From: a virus
Lineage: Duplodnaviria > Caudoviricetes
Length of the DNA: 40,228 bases
Virus record (IMG/VR): IMGVR_UViG_3300005399_000079
Span: 1 to 40,228 of that record
Reading direction: 5' to 3' (one strand)
Shown one piece after another: positions 17,771 to 26,395 of this stretch; position 1 is the first letter of the stretch, and the number at the start of each line of letters is the position of its first letter. The translations under genes were made by a program, and so were the position numbers. The notes beneath the pieces were generated by a model. The model did not search any database. It was not told the origin of the DNA and saw nothing but the letters and a program-made list of their open reading frames with translations.

Positions 17771-18950
17771 CTGTTGCCTCCGGGTTGGTAGTCATATTCA
17801 TTGGGGTCAGGTAGATATCGCCGCCTGGGCGCGGGTTCATGTCTTCGTTCTCGCGGCAATCGTTCGGGCTGAGGATGCCCCACTGGATGCCCTTGCCGTA
17901 GGAGTCGTAACGGCCTTTGAGGTCGCCACGCAGAAGCGCGCCAGCATTGAACTTGGCGTAGTGCTTGCCCTGATCGGCCTGTTTCAGCAACCCCACCTTG
18001 ATTCGGTGCTCGATGCGCGTGAGATACGGCACCAGCGAGTAGTTAACGAATGCCAAGCCAAGGTTCTCGACGTTGTTGAACGTGGCCTTTTCCAGATTGG
18101 CGACCAGGTGCGGCGGCACTCGGAAGATGGCGCAGATCTCGTCGCGCTGGTACTTGCGCGTTTCGAGGAACTGGCTGTCCTCTGCATTGAGGCTGATCGG
18201 CTTCCAGTCGAGCCCCATCTCCAGAATCATGGGCTTGTATGTGTTGGCTACGCCTGCGTGCTCTTCATGAAATTGCTTCTTGAGCCTGCCAAAGGCTTCG
18301 TCTGTCAGCGTCTGTTCGGTCTTGAGGACACCGGTAGTCACCGCGCCGTTGGTGAACAGTCGGCTGCCGTGCTCTTCGGTTGACAGGCCCAACGCAATGG
18401 CCTGGCGCGCATAGGCGATTGGGTTCAGCCCGTTCAGCCCGTCTAGGGTGAACAGGCGCACATGCCAGATCTCATCTTGAGTGAGCGTCTTGGTCTGACC
18501 GCTTTTGAACGTCACTTCATAACTGACGGTCCAGTCGTCGTTCAGCTTGGGCTGAACCGAACCCGGGTTGATGGGCAGCAGCTCCTGCACTTGGCCGAGC
18601 GCCACGACCTTGTAGGCGTAGAAGTTGCCGCGCAAGCACAGGCAGGTGACCAGCAGCTCCCAGAACTCCTGCGCTGTCATGTAGCCGTTTGGCGCAACAC
18701 TGATGAGCTGATGCGTCTTGTGGTTATTGGCAACCTCCCGCTCTCTGCCCGCCTCCTGATACAGCTTGCAGGGCAGCATGCCAACAGACTCCGCCAGCAC
18801 GCGGACGCAGCCGAACACGGTGCTCATCTGCATGGCACGCGAGGTGGTCACAGTCTGCCCGGTGACGGTCTGATAGTCCTGCAGGGCTGCGGCGATCTTC
18901 TCCGGCGTGTCGAGGATCTGCGTCTCTTTTCTGAACAGGCTGGAGAACAT
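17760..18950 (-). CDS. HK97-family portal protein
   Basis: VFGCVRVLAESVGMLP, EDSQFLETRK, FRVPPH, PNDCRENE motifs; start trimmed to MFSSLF. Confidence 0.96.
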   Translation of the reverse strand: MFSSLFRKETQILDTPEKIAAALQDYQTVTGQTVTTSRAMQMSTVFGCVRVLAESVGMLPCKLYQEAGREREVANNHKTHQLISVAPNGYMTAQEFWELLVTCLCLRGNFYAYKVVALGQVQELLPINPGSVQPKLNDDWTVSYEVTFKSGQTKTLTQDEIWHVRLFTLDGLNGLNPIAYARQAIALGLSTEEHGSRLFTNGAVTTGVLKTEQTLTDEAFGRLKKQFHEEHAGVANTYKPMILEMGLDWKPISLNAEDSQFLETRKYQRDEICAIFRVPPHLVANLEKATFNNVENLGLAFVNYSLVPYLTRIEHRIKVGLLKQADQGKHYAKFNAGALLRGDLKGRYDSYGKGIQWGILSPNDCRENEDMNPRPGGDIYLTPMNMTTNPEATDAD

Positions 18951-19114
18951 CAGGACTTCCTCAGTGCGGCGGCGATGGATACGGCAACGAGGAACGCCCC
19001 AAGGCCGAGCAGGGTCCACGCGTGCCCGAAGAGCTGCCACCCACCACAGGTTGCGCTGGCGATACCAGCCAGCCCGATGGCGTCAGGCAGCACTTGCCGA
19101 ATGCGCTGAGTCAT
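18950..19114 (-). CDS. Small two-TM membrane protein between terminase and portal
   Basis: MTQRIRQVLPDAIGLAG.., 54 aa, ATGA-coupled to TerL. Confidence 0.7.
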   Translation of the reverse strand: MTQRIRQVLPDAIGLAGIASATCGGWQLFGHAWTLLGLGAFLVAVSIAAALRKS

Positions 19115-20823
19115 AGCGTGCGAACCCCGTGTTCCATGATGTGTTTCGATAGGTCTGGCCCCGCCTCTTCCGGAGAGATAGCGCGGCACATAGCCGTGAT
19201 GAGCGCCACGACCCCGTCGATCTTGTTCTCGGGGCGCTCTTTGTTCGGGTAGATGTTGTCTTTGGCGTCCAGCTTGGCGACTACGTTGCTGGCCATCCAG
19301 GTGAGGATCGGGCAGTCGCCGTGGGCCAGCTTCTTCTGCAACACCAGCGCTTCCACTTCCTTCATCGGCTCGCTGAGGTTCTGGACGGTCTGGCGGACCT
19401 CAACCATCAGCAGCCCCTCAGCCTGCATTTCCTGTCCGAGCTGGGTTGCCTGCCACGGGTCATAGGCGACCTCGAGCACATCGAAGCGTCCAGCGAACTC
19501 GCGCAGATCCTCCTTGACGACCTCGTACTCGATGACCTCGCCATCAGTCAGGGTCAGCAGCCCGAGCGCATCGAACTCGCGATAGCGGGCGGTGTTGCTG
19601 TCCAGCTCCTCGACAACCCGCGCCTCTGGCAGGTAGTAACGCCCGTGCACGTGCCACAGCGGGTCGCCTTCGACGGGCGGGAACACGAGCAGCAAACCGG
19701 CAATGTCGATCTTGCTGGCAAGGTCGAGGCCGATGATGCATGGCCGCCCTTCCAGTTCTGCAAGCGACTTGCGCGGCGGTGCCTCCTTCCAGCGCAGCAT
19801 ATTGAGCCAGGCGTTCTTGGCGCCGACCCATTCATTCAGGTGCTTGGTGCGAAACGTGGCCTGCTTGGCCGCTGACTGCATGGCGTCCCGCTGGCGGGCC
19901 TGCAGGAAGTCCGCACTGATCGAGACCCCGTAGTTCGGGTTGGCCTTGATCAGCGCCTTCTCGTCAGTCCAGTCGTCGTCCTTGTCGATGGTGTAGAGCA
20001 TCGCCCAGAGGTCTGGCCGGTCGATCGCGCCTTCCAGCATGCGCTCGGCATCGCGCACCAGTTGGTGACACGGGCCGCCAATACTGGAGCCGGCAGTGGT
20101 GATGACCAGCATCACCGGTTGCTCGCGGGAGCCCATGCCGGTCTCCATGGTGTCGAACAGCGTGCTGTCCTGGTGCTCGTGGTACTCGTCCACGATGGCG
20201 CAGGACGGCGAGCTACCGTCACCAGGCTTGCCGATCACCGGCTCAAACCGTGAGCCGTCCTCGGTCCGGCACATGTTCGACGCATTCACGTCGACGCCGA
20301 AGAAGTCCTTTAGGTCTGGCGTGCGCTCGACCATCAGCTTGGCTGGGCGGAATACTTCCCAGGCCTGCTTCTCGGTGGTGGCGCCGCTGTAGACCTCGGC
20401 ACCGAACTCGCCGTCTGCGGTGAACATGTAGATCCCGATGCCGCCGCCGATGATCGACTTGCCGTTCTTCCGCGGCACGAAGATCACAATGGTTCGGTAG
20501 CGCCTGGTGCCGTCCTTCTTTCGAATCCACCCAAACGGAATGCAGATCGAGAACAGCTGCCAGGGCTCCAGCTTGATGTTCTCGCGCTTACTCGCCCAGC
20601 GCCCCTTGGTGTGCGGCAGCAGCTGCAGGAACTTGGCCACCCGCTCAGCCTTGGCCGGGTCGAAGGTGTACGGAAAGTCCTTGGCCTTTGACGCCTTCAG
20701 GTCATCGAGGTGACGCTTGCACGCCAGCTTGATCCACTTGCAGGCCGGAACCTTCCCCGCAACGACGGCGCGCGCGTATGCCTCGGCAGCCTTCACGCCG
20801 GGCGGCTTTGCTTTTGCTGCCAT
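19111..20823 (-). CDS. terL: Terminase large subunit
   Basis: LEPWQ, Walker A PRKNGKS, Walker B AIVDEYHE, ITTAG, GLDLAS nuclease, KIDG motifs. Confidence 0.98.
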   Translation of the reverse strand: MAAKAKPPGVKAAEAYARAVVAGKVPACKWIKLACKRHLDDLKASKAKDFPYTFDPAKAERVAKFLQLLPHTKGRWASKRENIKLEPWQLFSICIPFGWIRKKDGTRRYRTIVIFVPRKNGKSIIGGGIGIYMFTADGEFGAEVYSGATTEKQAWEVFRPAKLMVERTPDLKDFFGVDVNASNMCRTEDGSRFEPVIGKPGDGSSPSCAIVDEYHEHQDSTLFDTMETGMGSREQPVMLVITTAGSSIGGPCHQLVRDAERMLEGAIDRPDLWAMLYTIDKDDDWTDEKALIKANPNYGVSISADFLQARQRDAMQSAAKQATFRTKHLNEWVGAKNAWLNMLRWKEAPPRKSLAELEGRPCIIGLDLASKIDIAGLLLVFPPVEGDPLWHVHGRYYLPEARVVEELDSNTARYREFDALGLLTLTDGEVIEYEVVKEDLREFAGRFDVLEVAYDPWQATQLGQEMQAEGLLMVEVRQTVQNLSEPMKEVEALVLQKKLAHGDCPILTWMASNVVAKLDAKDNIYPNKERPENKIDGVVALITAMCRAISPEEAGPDLSKHIMEHGVRTL

Positions 20824-21203
20824 CAGAGAGACTCAAACGGATTGCCTTTCGGCTTTTCCTTCTTGCCGCCAACCTTGGCCCGATCAGCTGGCGTCATGCC
20901 GAACTTGCCCAGCAATGCCTCAAGCCTGACCAGCTTGGTCGCCGGGAACTCTGCCGGGTCTTCGCGGAACTGGGCGAGCAGGTTTGCCGCCACCTCTAGA
21001 GCAATCCGGTCGGAGTCGCTCAACACATCGAGTGGTGCGAACTTGCTGATCTCGTTCCAGGCATGCAGGACACCGCCACCAAGATGATCGGGCGCCTTGG
21101 TCAGCGGGCCGACGGTTTCAGCGTCCTTTCGCTCGCGCTGTGGGTTCTTCCGAAACGCGCCGGAAGCCTCCAGGACGTTGGTCGGTTTGCGTGGTCTGGC
21201 CAT
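20823..21203 (-). CDS. terS: Terminase small subunit (P27-like)
   Basis: MARPRKPT start, FGMTPADRAKV motif, coupled to TerL. Confidence 0.9.
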   Translation of the reverse strand: MARPRKPTNVLEASGAFRKNPQRERKDAETVGPLTKAPDHLGGGVLHAWNEISKFAPLDVLSDSDRIALEVAANLLAQFREDPAEFPATKLVRLEALLGKFGMTPADRAKVGGKKEKPKGNPFESL

Positions 21204-21224
21204 AATTTCCGGAATGCGAATTTT

Positions 21225-21310
21225 GTGGAGATGTAAAAACGGTTCCCCCCGTCGTTCGGAAAGCAAAAAGCTGGAGGTTTTGACCCTCCCCCTCCCTCTC
21301 GACGATTTCG
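21225..21310. other. Probable cos (packaging) region
   Basis: Between HNH and TerS; minus strand GGGAGGGGGAGGGTCAAAA..CGACGGGGGGAACCGTTTTT pattern like HK97-type cos regions; exact nick site not determined. Confidence 0.55.
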
Positions 21311-21370
21311 GCCAGAGCCCTCTTCATGCTTTAGCTTAAATCTCTAATTTCGCACCGAGTTGGTGCATCA

Positions 21371-21763
21371 TCACGCGCCTGTCAGGCCGACCTTGGCACC
21401 GATCCTGTTGTGGCATGGACGGCACAGAGCGCGCACGTTGTCCCACGCCAGCCCAAGCTCCGGGTGCGTCTTGTATGGCTTGATGTGGTCGACGATGACT
21501 GCGGCTGTAACCCTGCCTGCCGCCTCACACTCACAGCACAGCGGGTGCCGCTTGATGTAGACAGCTCTGAACTTGCGCCACCGCTCGGTCTTGTAGAAGC
21601 CGTCAGAGTCATCGCGGCGTGTGTTGTACTGCTTGTGCGCCCGCTTCAGCTGCTTAGCGCGCCGCTCGGCGGCCATAGGCGCGTGTAGCTGGCAGTGGCT
21701 ACCACCAGACACCAGCACCCTGCACCCAGGCCATGCGCATGGCTTGCTGGGCCTGACACCCAT
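21371..21763 (-). CDS. HNH endonuclease (HK97 gp74-like terminase cofactor)
   Basis: HPLCCEC, VDHIKP, NVRALCRPCHN; adjacent to TerS. Confidence 0.92.
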   Translation of the reverse strand: MGVRPSKPCAWPGCRVLVSGGSHCQLHAPMAAERRAKQLKRAHKQYNTRRDDSDGFYKTERWRKFRAVYIKRHPLCCECEAAGRVTAAVIVDHIKPYKTHPELGLAWDNVRALCRPCHNRIGAKVGLTGA

Positions 21764-22134
21764 TACCGTCCCAACGCCTCGCGAATCTCTTTGATCATGT
21801 CCAGCAGGGTCATCTGCTGACGCTTGTCCGCATAGGCGAACCAAGCGCGCACGAACACCCAAGCCGGCAACCCGCACACGAAACACAGCCCGATCAGGGC
21901 AACCATGCCCTCGAACTGATCAGCCCATGCGTGCAGGTCGAGCCACTGGACAACGCCTGCGCCGCCACATACCGACGCGAAAACGGTACAGATCAGCGCC
22001 ACTACCCATTCCCGGGTACTTTTCGGCTGAGTCATAGCCATGACAACGATGGCCGCGAAGGTGGCGCCAAACAGGAAGCCGGCGACCTTGGTCAGCGCGA
22101 AGCCGCCAAGCGCCGTGGATGCCGGCTCGCTCAT
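21763..22134 (-). CDS. Putative holin (3 TM segments)
   Basis: First late gene; three hydrophobic segments, charged C-terminus; GAGGA RBS before MSEP. Confidence 0.7.
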   Translation of the reverse strand: MSEPASTALGGFALTKVAGFLFGATFAAIVVMAMTQPKSTREWVVALICTVFASVCGGAGVVQWLDLHAWADQFEGMVALIGLCFVCGLPAWVFVRAWFAYADKRQQMTLLDMIKEIREALGR

Positions 22135-22209
22135 CTGGTGATTCCTCATGGTGGTGGTGTCCCGGGCTGGGCCCGCTGGTGAGCCGTCCGTGGTCAGTGA
22201 ATTTCAGGC

Positions 22210-22239
22210 ACAAAAAAACCCGCCTCAGTGGACGGGTTC
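22210..22239 (-). terminator. tR'-like terminator after late promoter
   Basis: AACCCGTC-CACTGA-GGCGGGTT plus T-run on minus strand. Confidence 0.8.
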
Positions 22240-22266
22240 TTCAGAGCGGCAAAACCGCAGATTGGG

Positions 22267-22298
22267 AATATATTGTTCGCTTGTTCGCTTAATTGCAA
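22267..22298 (-). promoter_or_regulatory. Candidate late promoter pR' with tandem Q-binding element
   Basis: TTGCAA-17 bp-CAATAT with AAGCGAAC x2 largely in the spacer; lies between Q and the terminator. Confidence 0.6.
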
Positions 22299-22315
22299 AC
22301 CTTATTTGCAACCTA

Positions 22316-22837
22316 TCACGCCGCCTCGGCAACCATCAGCCCATGCTGCCGCATAACCGCATCAACCTGCTTATGCGCTGCATCAATCTGCTCGTTCAGC
22401 CAGCGCTGCGTCAGCGACTTCCAGCGGCGCAGGGTTCCATCGGGTGTTCCGTCAGAATCCCACGACTGGACCTCATAGAATGCCGATGGCAGGCGTCGAG
22501 GCACAGCCCAGCACGTCACGCACTTCATCTTGAACAAGTGAGGTGCCGGACTCACCACCCGCGGGATAAGCCAGCGCACGGACTCGGCCACCTCAAGGTC
22601 ATTGATCGAATACTTCGCCACCACGGCGTGCCACAGCGCCTGGTCCAGGTATCGATGCAGAATAGCCCGCGCGATGCAGTCCTGCGTGAGGCGCTCTTCA
22701 GCTGTCAGCTCTGAGCCTGTGCGCACCTCTGGCCAACCTGACTGGTACCGCATCTGCCAACCCGCCTTTGCCGTGCCATCGTTGGTCTCGATCGACATCA
22801 CTCGCGCAATGCAGTGCCCTGCGTCTCTGTAGATCAT
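22316..22837 (-). CDS. Putative late-gene antiterminator (Q-like)
   Basis: Last early gene before promoter/terminator/holin; C-terminal HTH-like TPDGTLRRWK. Confidence 0.6.
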   Translation of the reverse strand: MIYRDAGHCIARVMSIETNDGTAKAGWQMRYQSGWPEVRTGSELTAEERLTQDCIARAILHRYLDQALWHAVVAKYSINDLEVAESVRWLIPRVVSPAPHLFKMKCVTCWAVPRRLPSAFYEVQSWDSDGTPDGTLRRWKSLTQRWLNEQIDAAHKQVDAVMRQHGLMVAEAA

Positions 22838-22840
22838 GGA

Positions 22841-23134
22841 TCAATCCCCCGTGTAGTGGCCGAGCACGCCATCGCGCCGGCTGGGCTGATAATCACGCTC
22901 TGCACCCTGGGCGCCGCCGCGGGACTGCACCAGCGCCTGCAGGATGTTGGCCCGAGCAATCTGCCGGGTCAGCTGCCGCCCGAGCTGCTGGGCCAGATCC
23001 TGTCCCGCCACCGGCAGCCAGCCGATGCCATCGCAGGCAACGCAGTCCAACTGATGGAAAATGCCCATCGTTGTGCCTTTGCCGTTGCATGCCTTGCACA
23101 CCTCCGGCTCCACCATGTCACGCCGACTTGTCAC
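22841..23134 (-). CDS. Small Zn-finger protein (DnaJ-like CxxCxGxG x2)
   Basis: CKACNGKG and CVACDGIG. Confidence 0.75.
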   Translation of the reverse strand: MTSRRDMVEPEVCKACNGKGTTMGIFHQLDCVACDGIGWLPVAGQDLAQQLGRQLTRQIARANILQALVQSRGGAQGAERDYQPSRRDGVLGHYTGD

Positions 23135-23334
23135 GCTTGCTCCTTACGATGGATAGCCACGCACTTGTCCAACTGATCAGGGTCTGGGCTGGTGAACAGC
23201 AGGCAGCCACCCGGGCCACTCACCACAAACACCTGCTCGCCCCGCATTACCTCAACCGTGCGACGGTACCCGTCGCAGGTCTCCCATAGATCAAGCCCTG
23301 GCTCGACCCGCTCCCACTCGACGCGATCACTCAA
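23131..23334 (-). CDS. Hypothetical protein
   Basis: TTGA overlap with RusA stop, GGAGG RBS. Confidence 0.6.
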   Translation of the reverse strand: MSDRVEWERVEPGLDLWETCDGYRRTVEVMRGEQVFVVSGPGGCLLFTSPDPDQLDKCVAIHRKEQA

Positions 23335-23696
23335 GCCGTGACCTCCCCGCCGATCCACACCAACACCGCGCCACCCGGGCGTGGCTCGCCCATCCGGATG
23401 GTGGTCTCGAACCGGCTGTCATCGATACCAAGCGCATCCGCGATGCCGTCCCGGCCGCTCTTCATGCTTGCGAGGCAGTTGTCATCGTCTCGGCGGCGGC
23501 GGTCAGGCGGGCAGAACGTCAGCACAAGATGCACCTTGCCCTCTGGCGCAACAATGCGGGCCTGTTTGGTCATGATGTGGCAGGTGGTGCGATACGACTT
23601 GGCGGCCTTGGCCTTCTTGCGCCAGTGCGCTCGAGCGTTGGGGCTCAGGTCCCTGGGTGGCCAGGGCAATGCAAGCAGGCCGTCTGTCGCCGTCAT
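23331..23696 (-). CDS. rusA: RusA-like Holliday junction resolvase
   Basis: LPWPP..SPN, PPDRRRRDDDN, K...D, GIDD motifs. Confidence 0.85.
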   Translation of the reverse strand: MTATDGLLALPWPPRDLSPNARAHWRKKAKAAKSYRTTCHIMTKQARIVAPEGKVHLVLTFCPPDRRRRDDDNCLASMKSGRDGIADALGIDDSRFETTIRMGEPRPGGAVLVWIGGEVTA

Positions 23697-24121
23697 GCGG
23701 ATTTCCCCCAGCTTTTGGATAGGTGTAGGTTCATGTGGGCGACCGCCTGGTCAATGCTCTCGCCATATCGACGACATCTGACCCACGTGTGCACGTTCGG
23801 GTATCGGCGGTTATCTGGGTCATGCCAAAAGCGGTAGGGCACCTCCCGCAGCATGCAGCACAGATCAGCGTCGTAATAAACGTGAGTCTCGGGCCGCCAA
23901 GGGGTCTGCGATGACAGCTCAACCGGATACCCGTGACCGTCCCATGGCAGCACCTTCACAACACCCCGACTACCGAGGAAGCCGCCTGGGTGGTGGCCAA
24001 TGTAATCCACCTGCTCGCCCTCATTAACGTAAGGCTCGCGGACGATATTGAGGCGGCTGAAGATGGCCGCCGACGCAGCAGCCAGACCCACCAACTTGAG
24101 AAATTCACGCCGTGTTGCCAT
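23693..24121 (-). CDS. Hypothetical protein with twin-arginine (Tat) motif
   Basis: MATRREFLKLVGLAAASAA; GGAGAGG RBS; 142 aa. Confidence 0.7.
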   Translation of the reverse strand: MATRREFLKLVGLAAASAAIFSRLNIVREPYVNEGEQVDYIGHHPGGFLGSRGVVKVLPWDGHGYPVELSSQTPWRPETHVYYDADLCCMLREVPYRFWHDPDNRRYPNVHTWVRCRRYGESIDQAVAHMNLHLSKSWGKSA

Positions 24122-24125
24122 ATCT

Positions 24126-25157
24126 TCATCCTCTCCGTGTAGAAACGCAGGAATCGGCGCAATCGCCCGCCTGCTCTGGGTTTGCGCCATTTGGCAGAAA
24201 TGCAGGAACAGCCACTTTTGCGCCGTGCGCTTCGGCAAACCCCAACTCATCTAGCCGGTTATGCCACCGCTGCAGCGCCTCCCGGCGACGCTCCATGGCA
24301 TCGCGGGTCAGGTAGGTTTCGGCGGTCACGCCGAGGGTGTGGTTGATCAGCAGCTCACCCACCATGTGGTCAACGCCAATGTCAGCCAGGCTGGAGCGCA
24401 TCAACTTGCGCAGGTCGTGGCTTGTCCACTTCCGCCCGCTCACCTGGCGCATCAGGGCGTGGGCGCTGGTGTCGGCCATCCGCTCCCCACCACGCACCGG
24501 GAACAGCCAAGCCGCCTTGAGCCGTGGGTCTGGCAGTGCCTCCCGATACCGCTGCAGCAGCGCCAGCACCTGCGGGGTCAGTGGCAACACATGCTCGCGA
24601 CGGCTCTTGGTATTGGCCTCCGGGATCACCCACACCCGCTCATCCAGCGACACATGCGACCACCGGGCCTGCAGCGTCTCGGATATCCGGGTGCCGTGCG
24701 CCAGCATCATCAGCGGCAGCATGCCCTTGGCCGGGTCAGCCCTGAACACCGCCACCAGGTGCGGCACCAGCTCCTGCAGGTCAACACGCGACAGCGCCGC
24801 CGGCTTTGGCCTCAGCTTGCCCTTGTAGAAATCGCGGAACGTCACGCCAGCAAGCGGGTTTGAATCGATGCGCCCCTGCCCCTCAGCCATCCGGAACGCC
24901 TGCCCCATCGCCTGCAGCGCCTTCTGCACCGAGCGCGGTGCCAGCTCCTGGTGCATCGGGAACACCAGCTTGTCGTCCAGCAGCACCCGGTCGACCTTGC
25001 GCAGCGGCACCTTGCCAACACGCGGGAGCACGTGTTTACGCATCAGGCTGCCCATGCTGCGCCGATACTTCTCCGATCGGGCCTTGTCGCCCTCGATGCG
25101 TGAAAGCCACCACGTCACAACCTCGCCGAGCGTCCGCATTCCCTTCGCCTCAGCCAA
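24126..25157 (-). CDS. Second tyrosine recombinase (core-binding plus catalytic domains, no obvious arm domain)
   Basis: GTRISE, NTKS, HDLR, INH, ETY: full R-K-H-R-H-Y set. Confidence 0.92.
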   Translation of the reverse strand: MAEAKGMRTLGEVVTWWLSRIEGDKARSEKYRRSMGSLMRKHVLPRVGKVPLRKVDRVLLDDKLVFPMHQELAPRSVQKALQAMGQAFRMAEGQGRIDSNPLAGVTFRDFYKGKLRPKPAALSRVDLQELVPHLVAVFRADPAKGMLPLMMLAHGTRISETLQARWSHVSLDERVWVIPEANTKSRREHVLPLTPQVLALLQRYREALPDPRLKAAWLFPVRGGERMADTSAHALMRQVSGRKWTSHDLRKLMRSSLADIGVDHMVGELLINHTLGVTAETYLTRDAMERRREALQRWHNRLDELGFAEAHGAKVAVPAFLPNGANPEQAGDCADSCVSTRRG

Positions 25158-25293
25158 AGGTCACCCCCAGCAGCCGATGCGCCCCGAACCGGTCGACACA
25201 GTCAGACGTTACCTGCTCAAGGCTCACCGGCTCGGGATAAATCGTGCTGCCAGCAGTGCCATCAACTAGCCGGAATCGGAACAGGCGGCTCAC
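25150..25293 (-). CDS. Small hypothetical protein (47 aa)
   Basis: GTGA overlap with upstream stop, GGAG RBS; MSRLFRFRLVDG.. Confidence 0.6.
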   Translation of the reverse strand: MSRLFRFRLVDGTAGSTIYPEPVSLEQVTSDCVDRFGAHRLLGVTFG

Positions 25294-25745
25294 GACAGCA
25301 GCTCCGAAGGCACGCTCACGGTATCGCCCAGCTTTGCAGCTACGAAGGCTCGGCACGCGGCAATCTGCGGGGTCTCGCCATCCGCGGTGACGAAACTGCA
25401 ACTCGCCTCAGCTCTATCAGTAATCATCAAAGCGCCCCAGCACCCACCGCCATCAGACTGCCATCCGTCGCCAGGCGATAGCTCAATGGCGCTGGCATGG
25501 ATCATTGGCCCGCAAACCGACCAATCAGTGGATGGCGACCAGTGGTTTAGCGACCCATAGGCGCCCTGATATGTCAGAGTTACTGAGCGCGGGAAAAGGA
25601 TCGGAGCTGCCCCCTCCCTAGCCTGGTATTCCCGTGCGTCTTGGACGCAAATAGTGGGCTGAATTCCAGGGTATCGAGCGCAGAAAACCGCCCAGTCCAG
25701 AGCCACCCCATGAAGCTCAGACGTTTTGATTTCTATCGCGCTCAT
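25290..25745 (-). CDS. NinX / DUF2591 family protein
   Basis: L.GVALDWAV, SPSTDW...GPMI, TPQIAACRA motifs. Confidence 0.85.
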   Translation of the reverse strand: MSAIEIKTSELHGVALDWAVFCARYPGIQPTICVQDAREYQAREGAAPILFPRSVTLTYQGAYGSLNHWSPSTDWSVCGPMIHASAIELSPGDGWQSDGGGCWGALMITDRAEASCSFVTADGETPQIAACRAFVAAKLGDTVSVPSELLS

Positions 25746-26395
25746 GCCCGCACCCCGCCCAACGATGACCGCAACCCGGCCAGCGCGGCGCGACCGACCT
25801 CCGGGGTGCATACACTCACTGACGGCGGCAGCGCCTTTGGCACCTCGCGCAGCGGCTTGCCACCCAACACCATCTGCACCACAGCGCCATATACCCGCTC
25901 AAACAGCTTGTAGCTCTTCTGTTCAGGCAGATTTGCCAGCTCCCAGAAGCCAACCTCTGTGGCTGCGTGGTACACCGCCGCATGAACACCATCCGCCGAC
26001 GCGGTCGGGTGAGCGATTCGACAGGCCTCACGATATGCATCGCGAGTCGCGGGCAAACCAATCTGCTCCGGTGTGGGCGCGCACCACTCGATGAAGCGGC
26101 CAACGCTAGGGGCGAAGTCGCTACCGCTCACGCGGCACTGGGCCAGCCCGAAGCGAATCTGCTCGATACGGTCGATGCGGGATGCAACAAAGGCCCTCAC
26201 CCAGCTGCGCTTTGCCGCTGCCAGGGACTTGTCGTCAGGCCAAGCGCGCCGCCAAGCCGGGAAGATCGCCTGCAGCTCGATGAACAGGTCGTTGACCACA
26301 TCGACAGTCGCCGGGTCGAGCTTGCGCGCCGTCTTGGGTGCAGGCTGAGCTGGGGCGCTCATCGCACTGGATATCAAATCTTTGGTCTCTCGCAT
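25742..26395 (-). CDS. Replication protein P (lambda P-like helicase loader)
   Basis: LQAIFPAWR, KRSWVRAF, PSVGRFIEWC motifs; follows O. Confidence 0.88.
   Translation of the reverse strand: MRETKDLISSAMSAPAQPAPKTARKLDPATVDVVNDLFIELQAIFPAWRRAWPDDKSLAAAKRSWVRAFVASRIDRIEQIRFGLAQCRVSGSDFAPSVGRFIEWCAPTPEQIGLPATRDAYREACRIAHPTASADGVHAAVYHAATEVGFWELANLPEQKSYKLFERVYGAVVQMVLGGKPLREVPKALPPSVSVCTPEVGRAALAGLRSSLGGVRA

Noticed and set aside
22134-22149. Dual-start holin/antiholin (MRNHQM)
   Set aside because: The upstream ATG is part of the GAGGA SD for the second Met and has only a weak SD of its own
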